Source: Octopus bimaculoides (Eukaryota). Taken from it: 48,987 bases of DNA. Under the pieces are notes generated by a model that did not search any database, was not told the origin of the DNA, and saw only the letters and a program-made list of their open reading frames with translations. Where the stretch lies: NCBI RefSeq assembly GCF_001194135.2, contig NC_068990.1, positions 6,182,485 to 6,231,471 of the forward strand, given 5' to 3'. Made by a program: the position numbers and the translations under genes. This document shows, one piece after another, positions 36,958 through 47,642 of the stretch (its first letter is position 1; every line of letters begins with the position of its first letter).

Positions 36958-38329
36958 ATATGTATGGATAGGTGGATGTAGAGGTCTGTGTGTAAGCTGA
37001 AAAAGAAACTAAAGAAATTAAAATGTTTTACGGAACTTGCCGAATAGTTTTACGTTTCTGAGACCAACCCCGAATGCCATATATATATGCGTGTGTGTGT
37101 GTTATTTTCTGTTGAAAAGTTTCGTATATATATGTGTGTGTGTATGATGTTGCTGTTTAAGTGAAACTAGCCATGCATCTGTGGAGTGATAGTTGTATCA
37201 TTTGTTACCTTTTGACATTAATCTACTCAATTTTGAAAACTCTTTTTCTCCTTACGAGTCTAGAGACATAACTCGTACCAGAAACATTGTCAAAAATGTA
37301 CCTATCAAATGTAGTAATACTGGGGGAACGGGTAAGGAATGTGATCTATTGAGCGTTTATAATCGAGTGAAAAAGTACGTGCGTACACAAAAAGCAGAGT
37401 ATATATATATATCTATATATCTATTTATTTGAAGTAGAAACGTCCTGAATCCACGTTTCCGATCATTCAGCGCTGCGCACACACATACACATATATATAC
37501 ATGAAGTTAATATATGTCGTGTCATAGAGTGACCGATGATTTCGTATCCATAAAGCGCTTAGCGACATAGACGACTTGTCGGATTCCTCCAGTGGCTCCG
37601 GGCATATAACCTCTCTTCAAACTGGAAGTAGAAAACCGTTACGGCCAGTTAATTTGTAAACAAACAAAAAAATAATAATAATAATATACAGTCTGATCCT
37701 TAAACGGCACGAGTTCTCTCCCTTAGAGTGTGCTCCTGGTTTTTTTTTTTTTTTCAGTTATTTGATCCATTAATGATATATAATTTGTTCCCGGAGACCA
37801 CTCGTAAAGCAGAGCAATTATTTCCCATAGTAGCAATGTTATAAATCGTAATTCGTTCCCAGAAAAATATTTTACCAATAAAATTTATAATACTCGTAAA
37901 TAAATGACAATAAAGCAACAGTAGAATGTAAAGAATATTTCATGTAAAGTAAAAAGAATGTCAAGATCATTTATAATAGAGAATAGTATTATTATCATTT
38001 TCTGAATCACCTTCACTCGCGCACACCACTTGTAGACGCGACCGCCGATTCACAAGCACTCGTAGACGGACTTGCAGATTTCTTTTTAAAAATTAGGTCT
38101 AGATTGTTTGCTTAGAAAAAGCTGGGTTTTTTTCACTCTCTATAAATTTCACAGTAATACACAGAAGCATTTATGATAGTAGAAATTTTTACATTTCGTT
38201 CAAAATTTGGATCTTGTACTTAAAAAATAAAACTCATGAACCCAAGGTCTCCCAAAATGAGGTACTACTGTGTGTATATTTATATATTCTTCTGTTATGT
38301 GTTTTGGCCCTAGGGCTGTGGCCATGATG

Positions 38330-38414
<85 letters not shown>

Positions 38415-38841
38415 TTATTTCAAAGCTAATGTTGGCTTCAACAGGGCATGAAAACAAAAGTAAATAAAGATTCTTTATGGAAATTGCCGAACAAATCAAA
38501 CTGGGAATTTTGATAGACTTGCTACTTCAATTGAAGGATTGCCAAAGTGTGTTCACAAAATAATTATCAAAAATTTCATTCAAGGGAAAAGTAATTAACC
38601 AGTTTATCATCTTTGGATATACAAGGAACCTATGATATTATTAATTGAATTAACTATCGTCAATGATAACATAGATGTATTACTATAGTCTATAGTAATG
38701 TAATTAAAACATTAACTAAAGTCTATAATAGCGTTATACATGACAATGGTACGACAACAAAAGAATGAAAGAGACCTCGATATTATGTAAATAGAGGAAT
38801 TTATCTGTAAATGTAATATGTGACAATTATTTGATAGCCAT

Positions 38842-38902
38842 GATAAAACTCTGAGTTTCAGATGTTGGGGCAGAAACCCGCACCAGCATCTCTTCGGTTA
38901 TC
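38842..38902 (-). ncRNA. Second hammerhead-like fold on the opposite arm of the inverted repeat (variant core CCGAAGA)
   Basis: Reverse-complement copy of 38934-38994 with U4C in the core and U in place of C before GAAA. Confidence 0.4.
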
Positions 38903-38933
38903 AAGCTATTTTCATAGCATTTTTTGATGGCCC

Positions 38934-38994
38934 GATAACTGAAGAGATGCCGGTGCAGGTTTCCGCCCCGACATCCGAAACTCAGAGTTTTATC
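38934..38994 (+). ncRNA. Type I hammerhead ribozyme fold (Penelope-type), canonical core
   Basis: Stem I GAUAA (38934-38938) pairs with UUAUC (38990-38994). Core CUGAAGA at 38939-38945. Stem II GAUG/CAUC closes an irregular hairpin. GAAA at 38977-38980. Stem III is the near-palindrome ACUC-A-GAGU. Cleavage triplet GUU at 38987-38989. Activity not shown. Confidence 0.6.
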
Positions 38995-39069
38995 ATGGCT
39001 ACCAATTAATTGTCATATTTTATTTACATATATATATATAAATAATGTATTAATGTATGTGTGTCTGTG

Positions 39070-39316
39070 TGAGAGTTGGCCAAGCCATGCACAGGATGCT
39101 GTCAATGAAGTGAAAGTCAACACTGAGCATAGCAATGAATTTAATGTGCAGGTAGGAGTTCACCAAGGCTCAGTTCTTAGCCCCCTTTTGTTTATCATAG
39201 TCTTCTAACAGACTATAGAACCTGATGTGGCCCACTGACCTTGCCAACTCCTTTCAAGCTGTCCAACCCATGCCAGCATGGAAAATGGACATTAAATGAT
39301 GATGATGATGATGATG
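39070..39316 (+). mobile_element. Internally deleted RTE piece: RT motif fused to the 3' tail
   Basis: DAVNEVKVNTEHSNEFNVQVGVHQGSVLSPLLFIIVF followed within about 60 nt by gtccaacccatgccagcatggaaaatggacattaaatgatgatg. Confidence 0.8.
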
Positions 39317-39351
39317 AATTTCTAACATATTAAGTATCCTCTATATTATAT

Positions 39352-39372
39352 ATATTTTCTCTATTATTTCAG
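39352..39372 (+). promoter_or_regulatory. Probable splice acceptor for the ZNF coding exon
   Basis: Pyrimidine-rich tract ending ttttctctattatttcag about 400 nt upstream of the ORF; the exon would start at 39373. Confidence 0.6.
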
Positions 39373-39778
39373 AATATCAGATGACATTGATAGAGCAGAA
39401 TCTTTAATTTGTCATCTTTTAAAGACTAAAGGAAGATGTTGCAGAGAACTGTTTACATAGATATATGGTAAATTACTGAGAAATATTTCTGCTTTGAATT
39501 TAATACCAACATTTCTCTTCTGTGCCTGGCATGTGTATAAGAAGATTTTGAATTATAATTAAACTCGGAAAAATTTACAAAGGAGTTTACATCTTCTAAT
39601 GTCAACAAAGATCACAGCTGATGGAAATATATGAGTAGAAATATCTCCAGCAACATAAAAATATGTGAGTGGGAATAAATTACAGAAAAGTGGATTATAT
39701 GTGAAACTTCAAGGATCATTTTCTTTTCTATGAAGAGATGCAGTTGGGAGATAAGCAAGTTATTATACCATTGTAAAA

Positions 39779-41353
39779 ATGTCAGTGTCTCAAAAAAAGG
39801 TTACCTTAACTTTTCACAAACACATCTATACTGGAGAGCAGCCATATTATTGTGATATCTGTGGTAAGTCATTCTCTCACAGAAATGCTTCAACTGCTCA
39901 CAAATATAGTCATACAAAAGATAGGCCATATCACTGTGATATCTGTAGTAAATCTTTCTCTCAAAAAGGTCACTTAACTACTCACAAACGTATTCACAGT
40001 GGGGAGAAGCCATATCACTGTGATATTTGTGGTAAAACATTCTCTGGAAGTGGTGATTTAAATAAACACAAACGTATTCATACAGGAGAGAAACCATATC
40101 CCTGTGATATCTGTGGTAAATCATTCTCTATAGGAAATAGTTTAATTAAACACAAACGTATTCATACAGGAGAAAAACCATACCACTGTGATATCTGTGG
40201 TGAATCATTCTCTGAAACTAGTCCTTTGACTAAACACAAACGCATTCATACAGGAGAGAAACCATATCACTGTGATATCTGTGGTAAATTGTTCTCTGAA
40301 AATGGTCATTTAACTAAACACAAACGTGTCCATACAGGAGAGAAACCATATCACTGTGATATTTGTGGTAAATCATTCTCTGGAAGTAGTAACCTGACTA
40401 CTCATAAACGTATTCATACTGGAGAGAAGCCATATCACTGTGATACTTGTGGTAGATCATTCTCTGAGAGTAGCCACTTAACTGCTCACAAGCGTATTCA
40501 TACAGGAGAGAAGCCATACCATTGTGATATCTGTGGTAAATCATTCTCTCAGAATAATCAATTGCTCACTCACAAACGTATTCATACAGGTGAGAAACCA
40601 TTTCACTGCAATATCTGTGGAAAATCATTTGCTGAAAACGGTCATGTAACTAAACACAAACGTATTCATACTGGAGAGAAGCCATATCACTGTGATACTT
40701 GTGGTAAATCATTCTCTGTAAGTAGCCACCTGACTGAACACAAGCATATTCATACAGGAGAGAAGCCATACCATTGTGATATCTGTGGAAAATCATTCTC
40801 CCGTGGAAATACCTTAACTTCTCACAAACGTATCCATACAGGTGAGAAGCCGTACCACTGTGATATATGTGGAAAATCATTCTCTGGAAGTAGTCAATTG
40901 TTTAAGCACAAACATACTCACACAGGAGAGAAACCATATCAGTGTGATATCTGTGGTAAATCATTCTCTCAAAATGGTGTCTTAACTAAACACAAACGTA
41001 CTCATACAGGGGAGAAGCCATATCACTGTGATATCTGTGGTAAATCATTTTCTCGAAATGATCAAGTAACTTCTCACAGACGTATTCATACAGGAGAGAA
41101 ACCATATCATTGTGATGTCTGTGGTAAATCATTCTCTGCAGGAAGTAGCTTAACTAAACACAAACATATTCATACAGGAGAAAAGCCATATTGCTGTGAT
41201 ATCTGTGGAAAATCATTCTCTGAAAATGGTGTCTTGACTAAACACAAGCGTACGCATACAGGGGAGAAACCATATCACTGTGATATCTGTGATAAATCAT
41301 TCTCTCAAAAAAGTCACTTAACTATGCATTTATTTATTCATACAACTGAGTAA
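39779..41353 (+). CDS. Tandem C2H2 zinc-finger protein, 18 fingers, 524 aa, no recognisable effector domain
   Basis: Open 524-aa ORF with 18 CxxC-x12-H-x3-H units at 28-aa period and mostly TGEKPY linkers. The [11 protein letters not shown] finger style is typical of the expanded octopus C2H2 family. The exact start codon is uncertain (see findings). Confidence 0.93.
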   Translation: MSVSQKKVTLTFHKHIYTGEQPYYCDICGKSFSHRNASTAHKYSHTKDRPYHCDICSKSFSQKGHLTTHKRIHSGEKPYHCDICGKTFSGSGDLNKHKRIHTGEKPYPCDICGKSFSIGNSLIKHKRIHTGEKPYHCDICGESFSETSPLTKHKRIHTGEKPYHCDICGKLFSENGHLTKHKRVHTGEKPYHCDICGKSFSGSSNLTTHKRIHTGEKPYHCDTCGRSFSESSHLTAHKRIHTGEKPYHCDICGKSFSQNNQLLTHKRIHTGEKPFHCNICGKSFAENGHVTKHKRIHTGEKPYHCDTCGKSFSVSSHLTEHKHIHTGEKPYHCDICGKSFSRGNTLTSHKRIHTGEKPYHCDICGKSFSGSSQLFKHKHTHTGEKPYQCDICGKSFSQNGVLTKHKRTHTGEKPYHCDICGKSFSRNDQVTSHRRIHTGEKPYHCDVCGKSFSAGSSLTKHKHIHTGEKPYCCDICGKSFSENGVLTKHKRTHTGEKPYHCDICDKSFSQKSHLTMHLFIHTTE

Positions 41354-41987
41354 ACTGTATCAATGTCAAAACTTGGATCATGGTAAATGCAGCGCAACAC
41401 ATGGCGCATAAACTGATTTTTGTCAATGAAATTTTTCTTTTGATCATTTTATTTGCTCAACAAAAGTATCAGTATTCATAAAACCAGTATTGATACTATA
41501 TCAAGAAGATGAAAGTACATACATCTTATACAGTATTTTTCATTCACAGATTTTGTTGATCAAATGTATTATTTTTTTTCTTCTATATATTAAGTAATTT
41601 TATGAATATTGATACCTTACCATATTCATAAAATTGCTAGGTATACTAACTAAAAAGAAAATTTACCATGAATTCATTATATAGAAAAGTAGATATAACA
41701 GTGTGATAACTGTCCAACACTATATCATATAAACCACAACTGTATCTTCATTGGTGAGGTATATTACCACTCTGACATTTTCAATAAAAAACATTCTTTC
41801 AAAGACTCATATATTCCATCTAACATATTTCCAGAAGGGAGAAAAGATAATATTGGTTTATTTGAAATTGTGGGACATTCAGTGAGAAATGTCTTGGATA
41901 GTATCACTACATTTTTATGTTAGAAATACACAATATAAATGAAAATATTTCACACCAGAAATAGATATACATGCAATATCTGATATA

Positions 41988-42199
41988 CAGGGTGTCCACA
42001 AAGTCTGGGTACATAGGGATTAACACATACTTCAAGAAATTATTATTTCTTAAATTTAATTGTTTATGTTATGATTTTATTTACTCCATGTACCCACATG
42101 GGGATTAACACATACTTCAAGAAATTATTATTTCTTAAATTTAATTGTTTATGTTATGATTTTATTTACTCCATGTACCCAGACCTTGTGGACACCCTA
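41988..42199. mobile_element. Tc1/mariner-type MITE with an internal tandem duplication
   Basis: TIRs cagggtgtccacaaagtctgggtacat and atgtacccagaccttgtggacacccta, flanked by TA on both sides. Confidence 0.85.
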
Positions 42200-43091
42200 T
42201 ATAACATCTTAACATTTGTGGATTGTTGAAAAGCCTGAAGTTGCAATCTTCATCCAGGAAAAATATCCCTTTATAGACATATTGCATTAAGAAACACAAT
42301 ATTCTTCAGTGCCAGGCAAAAATGAAGTAGTTATAAAAGTAACCATAAGAGCAACAGAGGCACCACTTTTGTGGCTGGTCAATATCGTGTATTTATTACT
42401 TCTAAAACAAGGTTGAATCGGCCAGTCTAAAATATACGGAAACAGTGTGTAACCAACACACTGATTTGCAATGACACTGCTCAAGCTGAATGAAATTCAT
42501 GAATACATAACATTGACAAGCTGCAAAGATTTTGCTCTAGAGCTGATTCTATTGTATAATTCAAATTTTATTCAGCCTAAGTGGTATCATTGCAAGCAAG
42601 TGTATTGTTTATGCACTGTCTCTATATACTTCAGACTGGCCACTTCAACCTCATTTCAGAAGTGACTTGTGTACATGGCATTGACAAACCACATCACATT
42701 TATTGTCGTTTCTGGAGCAATTTCGTTCTGTCTAGCTCTGTAGTATGTGTTTTTTGATGACTATAAAGGGATTTTTTTCCTGGACAAAAATTATAGCTTC
42801 AGGTTTTTCAATGATACACATACATTAAATGTATTATATAGATAAAGATTTTACTCTGGAGTTACTTTTGTTGCATAATTAGAATAATATATATATATAT
42901 TATATGATACACACACACACACCATAGAAAGACAGAATGGACACGTGGGATAGAGTTGCTGAAGAGGTCACAGGATGTGTAACAAAAGATTTCAGACAAA
43001 GGACACTAAAATAACAGTAATAAAGCTAAAGTGAAGAATGAATATATAGTGCATGTGTTTGTTTGGTTAAAAAAAAAGACCAAAATATAGC

Positions 43092-43139
<48 letters not shown>

Positions 43140-43274
43140 ATGGGTTCTCTCGTGTTTGCAAAGAATTTTACTTTTTTTTGTTTTTTTACTCCACATTTTA
43201 GTGTTTGTGTTTTTCATCAGACCCTAGACTTGCTTTGTTTTTATAAAACAGGCTGCATCTTTCACACACAAAAC

Positions 43275-43491
43275 ATTCTTTTCTACTCTCGGCACAAGGC
43301 CTGAAATTTTGGGGGAGGTGGGGCCAGTTGATTAGATCGACCCCAATATGCAATTGGTACTTAATTTATCGACCCCAAAAGGATGAAAGGCTATGTCAAC
43401 CTAGGCAGAATTTGAACTCAGAACGTAAAGACAGACGAAATCCCACTAAGCATTTCACCTGGGGTGCTAATGTTTCAGCCAGCTTGCTGCC
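43275..43491 (-). mobile_element. Full-length SINE family B
   Basis: Reverse complement closely matches 29608-29825. Confidence 0.9.
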
Positions 43492-43519
43492 TTTCACACA
43501 CAAAACATTGAAAGGAAAC

Positions 43520-46500
43520 TACATTCTTTTGACCTTGCCTTAGATCACGTGGCTGCTCAATCTTTGTGTTAACATGGCTCCTGATGCCATTTTGACAAAT
43601 TTTCCTCAGTAGCACATTCCTTAAACTCTGATATTTTTCTTCAGCTTATCTTTGTATCTAAGGTCTTCCTACATTTTGCACTCCCATTTGAAGTTGGCCA
43701 TATGTGAAAATTTTCGGCAGTCTTTCACCATTCACCCTAGAAACATGACCAGCCCATCTTGAGACTGCATCAAAGAAGGTCTCTTTTCTTTGTATATCAT
43801 ATGAAACAATTGTTCATTAGAAACTTTGTCCTTCCATGTGAAACCACAGTTATTTCTAAGACATCTTTTGTGGAAAGTATTGAACTGTGTGATATGATGT
43901 TTATATGGTGTCCACAATTCAGACCTGTACAGAAATGTTGAGGCAACAACTGCATGGTAAACTAAGATTTTGCTTTTCAAACTCAATCCTCTCCTTATTC
44001 ACAGCTTTTCAAGGACATCACTATCTCTGGTGATCCTATTTACTTTTTTTTTTTTATCTAAAGAAACACTAGAAATGATTTTACTTCCTAAATATGTGAA
44101 GGACTTCATATACATTAGCAGCTTCTTGTCTACAAGAAGTTCATGTGGTAGTGCATTGTATTGAGGCCTACATAGTGTTATACCTCTTCTTTGGATAGAT
44201 GTTGGTTGTGGCTAGTGTATGACTTATGTCCTTTTCACATTTATTGTTAGGCCAAATGCTTAACTAGCAAGTTAGTTTTTGTTTGTGGCAGATGTTCAGG
44301 TGCAATAAAGACTGCAAACAAACAGGAAACAACTTCTATCTCATTCCAGGGTGAAAAACTAGAGGTAGTCGATAGCTTCCGCTATCTGGGCGACCAAGTT
44401 AGTAGTGGGGGTGGGTGCGCTGAAAGTGTAGCTGCTAGAATAAGAATAGCCTGGGCAAAGTTTAGAGAGCTCTTACCCCTGCTGGCGACAAAGGGACTCT
44501 CACTCAGAGTAAAAGGCAGACTGTATGACGCATGCGTACGAACAACCATGCTACATGGCAGTGAAACATGGGCTGTAACTGCTGAGGACATACGTAAGCT
44601 CGCAAGGAATGAAGCCAGTATGCTCCNNNNNNNNNNNNNNNNNNNNNNNNNNNNNNNNNNNNNNNNNNNNNNNNNNNNNNNNNNNNNNNNNNNNNNNNNN
44701 NNNNNNNNNNNNNNNNNNNNNNNNNNNNNNNNNNNNNNNNNNNNNNNNNNNNNNNNNNNNNNNNNNNNNNNNNNNNNNNNNNNNNNNNNNNNNNNNNNNN
44801 NNNNNNNNNNNNNNNNNNNNNNNNNNNNNNNNNNNNNNNNNNNNNNNNNNNNNNNNNNNNNNNNNNNNNNNNNNNNNNNNNNNNNNNNNNNNNNNNNNNN
44901 NNNNNNNNNNNNNNNNNNNNNNNNNNNNNNNNNNNNNNNNNNNNNNNNNNNNNNNNNNNNNNNNNNNNNNNNNNNNNNNNNNNNNNNNNNNNNNNNNNNN
45001 NNNNNNNNNNNNNNNNNNNNNNNNNNNNNNNNNNNNNNNNNNNNNNNNNNNNNNNNNNNNNNNNNNNNNNNNNNNNNNNNNNNNNNNNNNNNNNNNNNNN
45101 NNNNNNNNNNNNNNNNNNNNNNNNNNNNNNNNNNNNNNNNNNNNNNNNGGCACATAAAAGACACCATTTCGAGCGTGGCCGTTTTCGTGCGGGTGACACG
45201 TAAAAGCACCCACTACACTCTCTGAGTGGTTGGCGTTAGGAAGGGCATCCAGCTGTAGAAACTCTGCCAAATCAGACTGGAGCCTGGTGTTGCCATCCGG
45301 TTTCACCAGTCCTCAGTCAAATCGTCCAACCCATGCTAGCATGGAAAGCGGACGTTAAACGATGATGATGATGAAAACCAACATACAACTTCTTGTGCTT
45401 CCCGGAAAGAATTAGCTACTAGAGGCTGCATCACCTGCAAGCAAGAAGTCTTAAAGCATTTTCATCCTAGTAAAGGTCCTCGTTTTAATTCCTTGGTGAT
45501 TGAAGAGCTCGCCTGATGTTCTAAATTCAAAGAAAACACCATTATGATAGTCCTTGAAGTTATACTATCAGAGAAAAGTAAATAACAAACAAAATGGGTC
45601 ATTACACACCTCTACCTTGTCTCATTTTTTACATGAACAGGATCTGTTGATGTGCTATCTGACTTAACAGAAGCTTTCATGTTTTTATAACACCAAGCAT
45701 TTTATTAGGAATCCCAATCTTCTGGCCTCACCACAAAGTATCACAATTTATGGAGTTAAAAACCTTGATTAAGTAAAAAAAATACTATGTTCTCCTGTAG
45801 TTTCTCTGCAACCTGCTACAAACAATACATCATGTCTATGGTTCCTCTCTCAGCCTTGAAACCACACAGATTCAGGATAAGCATGATCTACCAGGTGAGT
45901 TGTTCTGTTGAGAACAGAATAACTCGGGCTAGGATCTTGCCTTCCACAGAAAGTAGTGATATACCCCAATGGTTATTACGCAGTTGTTTTTTCCCTTTTT
46001 TTTTAAAATGAATAATAGACAAGTCTTTAAATTCCTAAGGAACCTTAATTCTTCCAAATCAAAATGAACAAATCTGAAAGTTTATGCACAAGTTCATTAC
46101 CTCCATATTTGCATACTTCAGTTGGTATTGCATCATCACCAGGTGATTTACCTGATACCATTTGTTTTATAGCTGTTTTAACTTCAGCTGCACATCAAGA
46201 ATTTAAGACAACAGTGCATTTCTTTCAACATCAAGTGACTGAACATTTATTTGTTTAAGAAATTTTGCACTGTGTCTTCTATGCTTTATCTGAAGTTGAA
46301 ATGATACCTTACAATACAACAGAGAGTGATCAGATGACCAACATGTGCTATGGACGGAGCGAGTATGGTGAATGTCTCATTGAATACATTTTTTTTGTTA
46401 CAATGCTGTAAATCAAATGTCATGCTTTTGACCTTGGATGTGTTGAAGTAGTTTTGAACCAGTTAGGTTGTTGAAATATGATGTTGGTGATAAGGAGGTG

Positions 46501-46880
46501 AAGTTCATTGCCAAAAGAAAGAAGACAAAGTCCAATATCATCAGAGCCAAGAATATTTCAGCTGATTAAGGTTAGGGTAGTAGCACCAGCAAATTTAAGT
46601 TTCACTCATCAAACGATCATTTGTCACCTGTAGTAAAGATGTCAGCATGTTTGCTATCTTAGTTCTAATTGCAAAACCAACACCTGAAAAGTTCGGAGCA
46701 TTTTCTTTTTTTTTTTCCCCTGACCGGAAAAACGTATAACCCTCCCCTTTTTCCTCAGCATGTCCATAATCAAGAAATTGAGTTTCACCTTAATTCTGCT
46801 ATGTCTGTGTTGTACTCTGTCTCCCAGTAGAGGACATATGCAGCACATTTGCCCATAGGTTTTGTGCTGAACAGCCACCA
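43520..46880 (-). mobile_element. Old, near-full-length RTE-clade LINE (APE + RT), decayed and interrupted by a younger RTE at 44270-45373
   Basis: In order on the minus strand: GYTFF..SGVGFAIRTK..NDRLM (APE, about 46560-46800); EVKTAIKQMVSGKSPGDDAIPTEV; HWGISLLSVEGKILARVI; CGFKAERGTIDM; RTSGELFN..DFLLAGDAA (FADD motif); AFGLTINVKRT; FTYLGS; KILVYHAVVASTFLYRSELWT; RLPKIFTYGQL. Many stops and frameshifts. Confidence 0.9.
44270..45373 (+). mobile_element. Younger 5'-truncated RTE-type LINE (RT C-terminal part, 3' UTR, (GAT)n tail) spanning an N gap
   Basis: Stop-free frame VFVCGRCSG..EKLEVVDSFRYLGD..RIRIAWAKFRELLP..MLHGSETWAVT up to the gap at 44627. After the gap the 3' UTR ends in gcggacgttaaacgatgatgatg. 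Confidence 0.88.
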
Positions 46881-46963
46881 TCTGTGCAGATTACCATCTT
46901 AGGTCTACCATGAGTATCTTCTACCTGCCCCCATCATCAGTAGACTTTTGGTAGCACAAGTGT

Positions 46964-47092
46964 GGCTGTGTGGTAAGAAGCTTGCTTCCCAACTGGGTTC
47001 AGTCTCACTGCATGGCACCTTGGGCAAGTGTCTTCTGCTCTAGCTTCAGGCCGATCAAAGCCTTGTGTTAGTAGATTTGGTAGACAGAAATA
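46964..47092 (+). mobile_element. SINE family A head with a short internal deletion
   Basis: Same head as 26351 and 48787 but lacking the cacatggttcc segment. Confidence 0.85.
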
Positions 47093-47200
47093 GGAAATGT
47101 CACAAAGGGTCGCATAGTAGCATCGGATCCATTTCTTTGCTCTTCACCGTCATTCATGAGATGTTGAGATTTCTCTTTACACAATACTGGAAAACATTTT

Positions 47201-47233
<33 letters not shown>

Positions 47234-47642
47234 ATATATTCATAATATATCTAATCATTGGTCGTAATTCATTTTCATTTATGTCTTTTATCATCAAATA
47301 ATGTTTCCCTACTGAAAAGGAAACAAGTCTTATATTCATTACATTCGTTAGTGTTGTAGGGGAGACAACTTTGTGTTCGTCATTCTTATTTGTTCTTTCC
47401 CATAGTCATTATGGGAGGTAACTGCAGTGTGACTAAAAGAATTTTTTTAAATATTCAACATCGTTTAAGACAATTTCTTAAAAAATTTTTTCTAACAATA
47501 TTTTTTCAGATTTCATGGTTTTATACAAATAAGATTTCTATGATTCTGCAAAATATTGTACACAAATTTAAATATTTTCAGTTCCCTAATTTCTATATAA
47601 AAAGTGCTTACATCGTAAAACAAAATTAAAGCATCAGGCTTA

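Larger units (their letters stand above)
38200..39030 (-). mobile_element. Decayed Penelope-like element: RT relic plus inverted terminal repeat
   Basis: Minus-strand fragments IIGSLYI, NFHKESLF, VEANISFEISD and IMATALGPK resemble PLE RT motifs (DVxSLYTNI, FSKEFIL, ILENNxF, GTAMGTK). They lie directly downstream of a hammerhead-bearing inverted repeat (about 38804-39030). Heavily degraded. Confidence 0.5.

Noticed and set aside
40650-40880. Antisense ORF inside the ZNF
   Set aside because: A shadow of the repetitive finger codons.
39840-41340. Regular 84-bp periodic repeats that could be mistaken for a CRISPR-like array
   Set aside because: The period equals one 28-aa zinc finger in an open frame; eukaryotic context and no cas genes.
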